Shown here one piece after another: positions 1 through 9,773 of a stretch of 64,000 bases of DNA. The position numbers were made by a program, and so were the translations under genes. Position 1 is the first letter of the stretch; each line of letters begins with the position of its first letter. The stretch comes from an uncultured delta proteobacterium (GTDB lineage: Bacteria > Desulfobacterota > Binatia > Binatales > Binataceae), in contig CAVRVY010000002.1 in assembly GCA_963724765.1 (NCBI GenBank), positions 352,001 through 416,000 of the forward strand, read 5' to 3'. The notes below the pieces were generated by a model. That model was not told the origin of the DNA. It worked only from the letters and a program-made list of their open reading frames with translations, and ran no database searches.

Positions 1-250
1 TGACGGCGCTCTGAAGCCGTGCAACTTCGATGCGCTCGGCGCTCGTATCTCGCACCTCGCCGGTCTCAGAATTGATCGGCTCGGCCTCGGCCGCGTAGAG
101 CTTCGCCTGCGCAACCGCGAGGGAGGCTACAGCGTTGTTTAACCATACGCGCTTTCGCCCCGTTTGCTGGGCGCAAACATGCCACGTCTGGTGCCCGGCA
201 TCTTTGGCTTCGCGCTTTATGTTGATCGCCGACTTGGTGAAAAATGCCAT
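1..250 (-). CDS. Hypothetical protein (MAFFTKSAINIKREAK...), runs off the left edge
   Basis: Manual translation: ATG at 250 preceded by GGAGA, no stop to position 1; same strand as the adjacent small ORFs. Confidence 0.45.
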   Translation of the reverse strand, partial: MAFFTKSAINIKREAKDAGHQTWHVCAQQTGRKRVWLNNAVASLAVAQAKLYAAEAEPINSETGEVRDTSAERIEVARLQSAV

Positions 251-271
251 GTCTCCGTCTTCTCCGTGTTC

Positions 272-526
272 CTAAGCCACTGAGTGGCCGTGTTTTATGA
301 AATGGTCCTGTTTGCTCCGGCGAGGCTTTGTCCGCCGCCGCGGGGTTGCTAACTCGCTACGTAACTGCTTTACGTGCTCTGCCACTTCCTTCCTCAGTGA
401 CCCAGTGACCAAGGAAAGCAGACCCGAGTTGGTCTCCCTCTCGAGCTGCGTTCGGCACAGCGGCGCGGCTTCGAGGAGACGCGCTTTCATCTCCAGTAAC
501 CGCTTTGCCTTGTCACTTAACATCAC
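272..526 (-). CDS. Small basic helical hypothetical protein of the element
   Basis: 84-aa ORF; GTG start overlaps the TGA of the upstream ORF (GTGA coupling). Confidence 0.45.
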   Translation of the reverse strand: MMLSDKAKRLLEMKARLLEAAPLCRTQLERETNSGLLSLVTGSLRKEVAEHVKQLRSELATPRRRTKPRRSKQDHFIKHGHSVA

Positions 527-759
527 TGCAAAACCTCGTCGTTCTCCAGCTCCGAGATCAAAACTCGCATCTCCTCAAGCTCGGCACCCAGCGCGGCGAT
601 CGCGCCATGAATTTTTACCAGCCGCTCGAACTCGGCCTTGACCGCCGCTATGCGCCGCCTACGATCACAATTTCTGTCGCGCTCGATCCTCTTCCATACT
701 TCTTCCAGGCTACCCATCGTTGGAAACGCTCTGATTGCTATTACAAATGAGACGGTCAA
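523..759 (-). CDS. Small coiled-coil hypothetical protein of the element
   Basis: 78-aa ORF with heptad-like pattern (IAALGAELEEMRVLISELE); coupled to the downstream ORF. Confidence 0.45.
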   Translation of the reverse strand: MTVSFVIAIRAFPTMGSLEEVWKRIERDRNCDRRRRIAAVKAEFERLVKIHGAIAALGAELEEMRVLISELENDEVLQ

Positions 760-799
760 TGATCAGCTTAATCTCAGTGGCAGAGTCTGTTTAAGCTGC

Positions 800-1540
800 A
801 GTCAGCGGTCTAAGATAGGTAGCTGCGGCTCTGACTATGTTCTCAGCGTCACGCAGTAGGGTTAGGCGCGTCACTTTACAGAACAGCTTTGGGGTTCGTA
901 GCTGCGCTCCGCCCCGGATAGGTTGGTACTGATCTGACGACTGCGGCTGATGATTAAGATGGTGAGAAGCATCAGAGGGCAAGCACAGTGCTTGACAGAT
1001 TGAGCACGGGGCAGCGCTAGGCTCGCTACAGTGATAGCAGGGCTGACTAGTCTGGTAAGAGAGAGACGGTAGCAAGCTATAGGGGCTGACTATATTGGCG
1101 GGCGCGGGGTTGATTTACGTAATAATATGGCAGTCAGAGCTTTGAGTGCTGCTATATGAGCATAGAAGAGAGTGCGCTTTTAGCGGAAGAGGTAGCAAAA
1201 TTGCTCAACGCATAGAGCTGGTATTGAGTAAGATCTATATATCGTACTTGCGTCTGAAACTCACGCAGGGCGGTATGCTCGTACTTAGACCAGTACTCAT
1301 GCTCGGCCTCGACAAAACTTGTCACGCTGTCGGCATCGCCGCTTACACGATCATCTGAGTGTGTGCTCTCAAATTGGTTCTCTTTCGGTTAGAAAACGTA
1401 TGAGCTTATTTTAACGCGGCGCGATAGGCACGCTAGAGTTTGTATAGCTCGTAGAGTGTGCTGCAGATACTCTACACTGAGACGCGGATGTTATAGCGCA
1501 CACTCTTTGTACAGTGATGGACGAGAGTAAACTGACTATA
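800..1540. repeat. Dispersed CTGACT/AGTCAG hexamers in a largely non-coding tract downstream of the primase-helicase (candidate ori iterons)
   Basis: Exact copies at 800(rc), 831, 1043, 1086, 1132(rc), 1532; near copies at 934, 1565, 1686. Confidence 0.4.
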
Positions 1541-1724
1541 CTCGCTCTTACATAGGATCCAGGCGGTCAGCACATAGTGCAAATTGCCGGACTGAGAATA
1601 GCTAGTGAGGCGTCGGTGTACTTAAGAAGCAGACAGACTGTCTCATTGACAGCATCGGTGAGAGGTTTTAGGGCTGGTTTTTTCATTGACTAGGTCACTC
1701 AGTTACCAGATTGCTCCGCATCGA

Positions 1725-3730
1725 CTAATACTTAACAGGCTCAATGTCTCCAAAGAATGCGATTCGCTGTTCGCGACACTAGACCAACGCCACGCGAAGC
1801 GCGTCATCACTAAGATCGTAGTTGCTGCCTTTGAGCTGCCAGATTTTATCCTTCATTTCGCGCTTGGCGGGATTGATTAGGAATCGCTGGCGGATGTTTA
1901 CGGCCCCAGCTTCTTCAAGGGCATTAGTCAGTTGAACGTACTTGCTCTCACTAATAGAGATCTCTCGTTCGGCCGCGGCATATATCTCACGATAGGTAGA
2001 GAAAGTGGGACGCTCATCGTCGCTCATCAACTCTCTTGCGAACAGTTCAAGGCCGCTGCCGCTCGCTTACTGCACGGCTCGCTTCGCGGCTGAGAGTGGC
2101 GCGTTCGAGGTGGCAGACCAGCTGGCAAAGTACACTTAGTGTTCAAGGTAATGCCGGACGTGACTAATGCCGCCACACATCGCTCAGTTATGAATCAGAA
2201 CCCCCAGCTCCCCAGCTATCGGGTTCAGAACGTCGATAACTAGGTACAGGCGGTGATTCAGGGCTATGAACAGAGGCAGACGATCGTTAGAAACGAGAAG
2301 GAAGTTTGCGACGTTGCGCACGGAATGCGCCGGGATAAACTTTTCATTTACGAGAACCTCATCGCCGGTTATACACTCTTTCATCTCTTCTGAGTAGTGC
2401 CAGATGTTACTATTGCCCTTAACCTCTTCGCCAACAATAAACTGCTTATAGGCCATCCAACAGTTGAACGTTGAGCCTAACTCCCGATTACCAATCTTGG
2501 ACACATTAGGCTTGCCGTAAATCGCTCTCATAATCTTGCCAAGCAGGGACTTGCTCGCGCAGGGTGCGCTCTTGATTAAGAGACCACGGTGGATATTGGT
2601 CTCGGGCATCGCTATTGGCGCGGCGAGATACTGCAAGACTGCGCGCCGCAACTCTTCATCATCTGGCACAAGTTGCTTGAGCAGACAGTGGAACGGCGTC
2701 ACATCACCGGGAATGGATGCACAACCGCAGTACTGCCACGCATTGTATTTGCCATCAGGCAGCAACTTAGGTTGACCGGGCAGGTAGTCAATTACGGTGA
2801 AGGTTCTCAGGCCGCCCCACTCGGCACACTCGTCAATGAGATAACAGTACTTGAACTTCTCGGAGCGTTGGCGCACCGGAGCTTTGTTAGGTTTCTCCCA
2901 AACGTCTTTGAGGTCTGAAATTTTGTAAAGTGTGAAGGTGCTATCCGCCTCTTTCATAATGCATGGTGGCGTCTCGATCACGGCGTGACGTTCGTTGTAC
3001 GGCTTGAGCTGTTCCGCTAGGCCATAAGGAATGCGCAACAGAGCCTGATAGGCTTGAAGTCAGAACGCGGTAACGAAGTCGCTCGGTCCCTTAGCTTTGC
3101 CTGGAGGAGGCTTACAGAAGTAGACATTAGCGCCTCGATTGCTGAGCGCCTTAGCGAAGGACTCAAGTGCGGCGAGGGAGGAAGGGTTACCGAAGATGTC
3201 GTTATCGAGGTTGACCTCGATGTCGCGGCCCCGGACCTCAAACTGATTAAACTCCTTGATGAGATACTGCGCGTGCTTCCGATCTCAGTGGTTCCATACG
3301 CGCGCGATCGCGAACGCGAACACACCTCGATCATAAGCCTGACGCACTCGACCTCGCTCTCGACGCCTGTCAGCAGCTTCTTTTTGTCGGCCTGCCACTC
3401 AACACAGCTGTGATCACCGCCCAGCGATGCAAGCACCGGAACGGGCTGGTAGAGCAGCGAACAGGAATACGCAGGTTGCCAGTAGCGGAAGTACGGACGG
3501 CAGTCCGCGGGCTCATCCTTCTTGCGGACCTGGAGAAACCTGACACGAGCGAAGTCGGCAACCTTAGACTAGTCGGGGTTTCAATAGTGGATCAGGAAGG
3601 ACCACACCTTGTAGCTGGTAAGCGCTGCGGTCTGCGAGGGTGTCAGCAGATCGCTGATGATGTCGGCGACAGCGAGCGGGATGCCATGCTCCTCAAAATA
3701 GGACTTGTACAGCTCTCGGCTCTCGTCCAT
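1725..3730 (-). pseudogene. TOPRIM-like primase (DUF3854-like) fused to SF3/D5-like helicase (DUF5906-like), pseudogenised
   Basis: Reading through stops from ATG 3730 gives ...FARVRF...RYWQP...RVWNH...GRDIEVNLDND...RGANV...KGPSDF, then ORF 2184-3038 (degenerate Walker A APCASKS, Walker B FIVGEE, NFLLVSN), then in-frame ORF 1779-2030; 8 internal stops and one frameshift near 3325. Confidence 0.75.
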
Positions 3731-3811
3731 GTCGATGCGGAAGCCGCTGCCTTCGGCCGCGCCAGGCTCTTGCGCAGCGCTGCGTTTAGATTCTCTGAAT
3801 TGAGCACGGCG

Positions 3812-4057
3812 TCACTTTCCGGCAGAGGCCAACTGGGCCGCGAGCCAGTCCTCGATCTCAGAGCGGATCCAAAAATTGTTTCGCTCGATCACCGCTTTGG
3901 CTGGCTTCGGGAAAGGAAGTTCCGGCGAGATCTCGCCGCGGACCAGTCTCCTAAGCGTGGATTTGCTGATGTCGAGCGCTGCTTGGACGGCCTCGGAGCT
4001 CATCACCATACGGCCTGCTAAATCTTTGTCCGCCTCGGCCTTCACTCTGATACCCAT
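3812..4057 (-). CDS. alpA: AlpA-family helix-turn-helix regulator / excisionase
   Basis: Pattern VQAALDISKSTLRRLV...FPKP...NFWIRSEIEDWL; GGAGG RBS; lies between integrase and primase. Confidence 0.85.
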   Translation of the reverse strand: MGIRVKAEADKDLAGRMVMSSEAVQAALDISKSTLRRLVRGEISPELPFPKPAKAVIERNNFWIRSEIEDWLAAQLASAGK

Positions 4058-4289
4058 TTCTTCCCTCCAAATTTTTCTGAGGTGTCATCAACTATTGATA
4101 CCCAGTTTACTACACCTTCAAAAATCTCTAAGGCGGTTTTCGGAAGCGCAATTTCGCCTACGCGCAGAGGGGATTTGCAGCATGGCCGAAGGATTTCGCT
4201 ACTTTTTGTAGCGTTAAGCACGGGTGACTAAGCTCGCTAAGCACGAGCAGAACCGGATGCCGGATGGCGTCGAGCTGGGGTGCTACGCG

Positions 4290-4327
4290 GCTGGGTCTCT
4301 TAGAGCTGGGTCTCTTCGAGCTGGGTC
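4290..4327 (+). repeat. 15-bp tandem repeat GCTGGGTCTCTTMGA x2.5
   Basis: Read directly: 4290-4304, 4305-4319, partial 4320-4327. Confidence 0.75.
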
Positions 4328-4360
4328 GGGCCACCTCTTCGGCCGGTTTGGGCCACCGCT

Positions 4361-4652
4361 TGGGACGGGGTGGTGTCCCACGAATTCTTATTTAGATTCA
4401 AGAGGTTAAGCGCTTTGGGACACGGGACACTCAAACAGCGTCAAATACTGCTCGGCTGCGGCGGTGGTGGCTGCGGGCATAAGACATACATACATCTCTC
4501 TCTCTCTCTAAATATTAAGTATTACCCTGTCCCGGCTGTCCCAAACCCTAAAACCTTAACGACTTAAAGGTAAATTCGTGGGACACCACCGCTGTCCCAT
4601 GGCTGTCCCAAGGGTGTCCCACGGCTGTCCCATGGCTGGCGTTGGTGGGACG
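4361..4652. repeat. Inverted-repeat / GGGACA iteron array flanking an AT-rich core (origin-like)
   Basis: Perfect 18-bp IR 4369-4386 / 4573-4590; TGTCCC at 4374, 4528, 4537, 4593, 4604, 4615, 4626; GGGACA at 4417, 4424, 4580; (TC)n-TAAATATTAAGTATTA core at about 4495-4524. Confidence 0.75.
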
Positions 4653-5030
4653 CACCCAATAAGAGGTGGGCGGCTTCGAGCTGGAAGTGCATCAGCTTAG
4701 GCCTGCACCACCGCCCGCTGCCGCGTCCTGGGCCCGCTCGGGAGATGGTCTCCCGGTAGTGTTTCACAACGACGCCCGTTAGAAGGGCTCGCAGGGCATC
4801 TTTCTAGTGCGATGTGTTTAAACAGAGTATGCGTTTAAACAGACTGGTTCGCAAAATGCGAAAGCTGACGACTGAGTATTGTCTCGGCGGGCTGAGTCGC
4901 TGCGGTGCGAGTGGGTGCTCGGAGAGCGAATGAACTGAGATGCGAAGCGAGTGAGCGACCTCGCACTCGATGCCCGCCGCGCCGCGCACTATGGGTATTC
5001 AGGAGCCCGCTCGGCCGCCTCGCTCGATCC

Positions 5031-6318
5031 TTAGGCCACCTTCGCCTGCCGCCGCGCCGCCAGCTCGTCGCGCTCCGCCGCACGCTCGCACGCCCGCGGC
5101 TCGCCCGCGATCCAGGCCGCCCAGTCGTCTAGCGCTGCACGGCGCTCGTTTATGAAGTCGTAGCTGTTATAATGCTTGCCCCCGATGCTCTGATCGACAT
5201 GATTGAGGATATCTCGCGCACCGCGGCCGGGACGGACCACGAAGCGAGGTAACTGGTGGATACTGAGCGCAGGTCGTGCATCCTGAAATTGACCCGCACT
5301 TGTCGGCTACGAGCTTGCGATGCCAGTACACGGGGTTGTTTATCGGCTTCGCTCGCTCATCGCTGAATACTAACTCCCGCCCATCAGCTACAGCCTTACG
5401 AGCCGAAGCATCTCGACCGCACGTTCGGGCAATGGCACAACCCAGCTGACGCCGTTCTTGGTTCGCTCGCCGGTATGGCCCACAACCTCTCATCGAGGTC
5501 TATCTCAGACGAGCGCGCCTCGGAGACCTCGCTACGACGTGCGCAGCTCCACCACAATAGCTTCTGAAAATCCCGGAACCTCTCATCCTCAATCTCGCAG
5601 ACACTCCGCCACGCAGCGCGAACCTGCTCGGGCAGTAGCTGAAGCTTACGCGGCTTCTCATCAACAAGATTCTTCACGCGCTGCGCGGGGCTCACCGCGA
5701 TAATCTCGTTATCCAGGGCGTAGTTGAAGATCGTTTTGATAACGAAGCCACACGGTTTGAGGTCACGCCGTTCGCGGCCGCAGGAGGATCGCTACCTTCG
5801 GCCTTGCGCGCCGCGCCAGTTCCTCGGCTTCCTCGATGACGGAAACGCGCACGCTCTGGAGCAGTTCGCGGACCTCGGCGCGGGTGATCGAGCCTATCGC
5901 GCGATCCTCCACCTCGGCAATACAAAGTTTTTCAGACGGCGGTGTCATCTTTAAGCGACGCTTACGCCATCCTTCGATCTTCCAATGCGCTATTCTCGAA
6001 GGTCTTTGTCTCGCGACGCAAACGCTCCGCTTCTTCGCGTTCGGCCTTAGCGGCCTCGATAGGTAGACACCTCCGCGACCTTAGCCTTGTGTTCATTTGC
6101 TAATTCACGCGCCGAGCCAGCGTGATCGACGGATACGAGCCGAGCGTCAGGCGGCTCTTCTTGCCGTTCAATGAGTAAAGCAGCACCCAGGACTTCGCGC
6201 CTGAGCTTGTCACGCGCAGCGCGAGCCCCCGCACTTTTGCATCGCGATGCTCGTCGCGCTTACCCTCGGCAGCAGCAGGCGCGGCTTTGACGAATTGGTT
6301 AGTCAGTGTTTGTTTCAT
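5031..6318 (-). pseudogene. P4-like tyrosine integrase with N-terminal arm-binding domain, broken by several frameshifts
   Basis: Fragments: 6100-6318 (GLALRVTSSGAKSWVLLY...RLTLGSYP), 5763-5948 (IGSITRAEV), 5396-5695 (ARRSEV...IDL...WAIPA), FRMHDLR at about 5268-5288, 5031-5240 (ILNH...HYN...RRAALDDW). Confidence 0.9.
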
Positions 6319-6452
6319 TGCCTCGTCTCCGGGTGGGATTGCTCGTTAGTGAGTATTGTGAACCGATGCCAACACCCGTCAACAAGAGGGGGCATCTTAA
6401 ATAATCAGCCAAAAAGCCACGTAGTCGCGGAGCTAATTCGTTCGCAGTCCGC

Positions 6453-6487
6453 CGGGGTATCCGTCGGGGTGTACTCGTTTGCGGGGT
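6453..6487 (+). promoter_or_regulatory. Three CGGGGT direct repeats upstream of int; candidate integrase arm-type sites
   Basis: Copies at 6453, 6465, 6482 followed by an AT-rich tract; position is typical of att arms. Confidence 0.3.
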
Positions 6488-6787
6488 GCTTTGCAACAGG
6501 TATTGACTAAATAACTGAGTATTTACAAGCACTATTCGACGCCACGTTCTGACGCAAATGGGATGCTTCAACATCAACGGAGAGAAGCGAATTTGAGCTG
6601 TAACCCATTTGGTAATGTGCTTTGTAACTGAGCTGCTTTGAGGCGAGAATCATCTGCGGACGGACCATCGGAGAGGGTGACCCTGGGGGTAGGGGGGTGT
6701 CCGGTCCCCTAGCGATCGGTTCGGAAACGGCGGCAGACGTCGCGCTGGTACAAGCTCAATTTATCCGGTCGAGATATGTGAGTTAGA

Positions 6788-7003
6788 GTGAAAGGCATGC
6801 CCTATCGATACACAGAGCCGATCATCCGCATCTGCTCGGAATGCGGTGAGAGCTTCTCGACCGCGACGCCAGCTGCCTCAACCTGCTCGGCCGTCTGCGC
6901 TAGGGCTAGGAAGCTAGGCCTTCAGCGAGCGCGTCGGCGATCGCGCAGCGCGGACAGCTTCGTCGCAGTCCGGCCGCCCAGCGGTTCTATCCGGGGCGAC
7001 TGA
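6788..7003 (+). CDS. Small putative zinc-finger protein (CxxC...CSxxC, basic tail)
   Basis: CSECGESF...TCSAVC motif, of a kind common in phage and satellite ORFs; the start may be ATG 6797. Confidence 0.45.
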   Translation: MKGMPYRYTEPIIRICSECGESFSTATPAASTCSAVCARARKLGLQRARRRSRSADSFVAVRPPSGSIRGD

Positions 7004-7048
7004 GCCAAGGGGCGACTGAGCCAAGGGGCGACTGAGCCAAGGGGTGAC
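6993..7048 (+). repeat. 16-bp tandem repeat GGGGCGACTGAGCCAA x3 plus a partial copy
   Basis: Exact units 6993-7008, 7009-7024, 7025-7040, then GGGGTGAC. Confidence 0.9.
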
Positions 7049-7417
7049 CGGGCGGCCCGGGCGCATCGCGGCCGTGTCAGCTTCGCCCGCCTCGTCGCTT
7101 CGTCCCACCTGGGCTAGGAGATCCGGATCCTGAAATCGAGCAGTCCATTTTGGCTGCCCAAAAAAAAATTTTCTCTCAGGAGTCCGGTCGCGAGAGGTTG
7201 TACATCCTGGCTTCGTCCCTTCGTCGCCCCGTTTCTTCGTCGCCCAGTGGCTTCACGCTCCGCGCCGGCCTAGTCACCCGGATGCCCGGATACCCCAGAA
7301 GGGCACCCATCTACCAAAATCGCCTAAAAGACCGCGGAAAGCGATCTTGAAAGTGAGAGCTGCTCCTATTAGGTGGGGCAGTGTAGACGCAAACCCACGG
7401 GCGGGCCAGATGCGCCT

Positions 7418-8344
7418 TCAAGGCTTTGAAATCATTGCAAAATCAAAAGAGTAAGTAGCTCGCTCCAGGCTCAGACTGTAGCGCGCGGCATCGATCAGGT
7501 TCTGCATCAGCGCGAGCACCGTCATTGGGCCGGTGCCCCCGGGATTGAGCGTTACCCATCCTGCGACTTCCTTGACCCGCTCGAAATCGACGTCGCCGAC
7601 GAATTTTCCCTGTCCCACGCGACGAAATCCGACGTCGATCACGCACGCGCCCGGCTTGACCATATCCGCGGTTATCAGGAACGGCCGGCCGATGGCGGCG
7701 CCCGCGCAGGAGACCACGATATCGGACTCGCGGCAGATCGCCGCGAGGTCGCGGGTGTGGCGATGGCACCAGGTGACGGTCGTGTTGTACCTCCGGCCGC
7801 CAAGGATGAGCGCCATCGGCTTGCCCGCGATATCGCTGCGCCCGATCACCGCCACGCGCGCGCCTTCCATCGGCACGCGGTAGTAGTCGAGTAGTATCAG
7901 CACGCCGCGCGGCGTACACGGGATGAAGTGGCCCAACTGCGCGCGATAGAAGTCGCTCACGTTGATCGCGCCCACCGCGTCGACGTCCTTGGCTGGATCG
8001 ATCGCGTCGAACAGCCTGAAACGGTCGACCTTCTCCGGTATCGGCAGTTGCAGCAGGATACCGGCCACCGACGGATCGGCGTTGAGCCGCGCAATTTCTT
8101 CCAGCAGACGCTCCGTGGTCACCTCCTGAGCGGTCATCGTGACCATCCGGTTTTCGAAGCCGAGTTCCTCGGCGAAGCGGCGCTTGTTGCGGACATACTG
8201 GCGTGAGGCCGGATCGTCGCCGATCAGCACGGCGGCCAGCGCGGGGGCGCAGCGGTAGCGCTCCTTAAGCTCACGCGCGTAGTGCTCGAGTTCGGGGCGC
8301 AAGCGGCGGCTGACTTCGCGCCCGTCCATGATTATTGCCGACAT
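7418..8344 (-). CDS. folD: Bifunctional methylenetetrahydrofolate dehydrogenase/cyclohydrolase
   Basis: YVRNK, GILLQLP, KDVD, PCTPRG, GRSDIAGKP, PGGTGPMT motifs; start moved to ATG 8344 (MSAIIMDG). Confidence 0.96.
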   Translation of the reverse strand: MSAIIMDGREVSRRLRPELEHYARELKERYRCAPALAAVLIGDDPASRQYVRNKRRFAEELGFENRMVTMTAQEVTTERLLEEIARLNADPSVAGILLQLPIPEKVDRFRLFDAIDPAKDVDAVGAINVSDFYRAQLGHFIPCTPRGVLILLDYYRVPMEGARVAVIGRSDIAGKPMALILGGRRYNTTVTWCHRHTRDLAAICRESDIVVSCAGAAIGRPFLITADMVKPGACVIDVGFRRVGQGKFVGDVDFERVKEVAGWVTLNPGGTGPMTVLALMQNLIDAARYSLSLERATYSFDFAMISKP

Positions 8345-8581
8345 TCGGTACTGATCCCTCAAATGATAGTTGCAAGCTAAGAGCCGGTTCGAGTCTCAGT
8401 GTTAGCCCTCGCGCACATAGTACCGGTCTGGCAGGCACAAATCGTCACGTTCGCGCGCGGCGGGAAACTACACGGAAAAATACGATGAACAAGTTACGGC
8501 GGACAAGCTGTGGGTGAACGTGTGTCGCGCCGCCTCGTCGGCTATCCGACCCTATCTTGCCCTTTGATAGAATCGCGTCAC

Positions 8582-9703
<1,122 letters not shown>

Positions 9704-9773
9704 TCTAAACAAGCTAGTTGATAGCGAAACCCAACTGAGTATCGAAATAACCACCGGAGAACATATTCAACCG

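Larger units (their letters stand above)
1..7350. mobile_element. Decayed integrative element, PICI/P4-like phage-satellite relic; left end outside window, right end approximate
   Basis: Lower GC than the flanking core genes; minus-strand order int - alpA - primase/helicase - small ORFs; several iteron-like clusters; host-like sequence resumes at the folD 3' end (7418). Confidence 0.8.

Noticed and set aside
1725-3730. Stop-codon reassignment (alternative genetic code) in the element, suggested by many in-frame stops
   Set aside because: The stops are a mix of TGA, TAG and TAA, with a frameshift and an eroded Walker A, which fits decay rather than recoding
3054-4021. Plus-strand ORFs 3054-3413 and 3410-4021
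   Set aside because: They are antisense to the primase pseudogene and alpA, which explain the region better
6993-7048. CRISPR array
   Set aside because: The units are contiguous 16-mers with no spacers, and there are no cas genes
7370-7417. c-di-GMP-I riboswitch-like GACGCAAACCCACGGG, or an RNA gene at the element boundary
   Set aside because: The upstream GGCAAA/GNRA stem and downstream pairing are missing, and no tRNA cloverleaf is present
8380-8400. tRNA T-loop-like GGTTCGAGTC upstream of folD
   Set aside because: No 5-bp T stem, acceptor stem or anticodon arm can be formed
8345-8581. Glycine or ZTP riboswitch between folD and gcvT
   Set aside because: The conserved motifs I recall for these RNAs (GGAGA...CCGAAG...CTCTCAGG; CGTGACTGG...GCCTGGG) are not found
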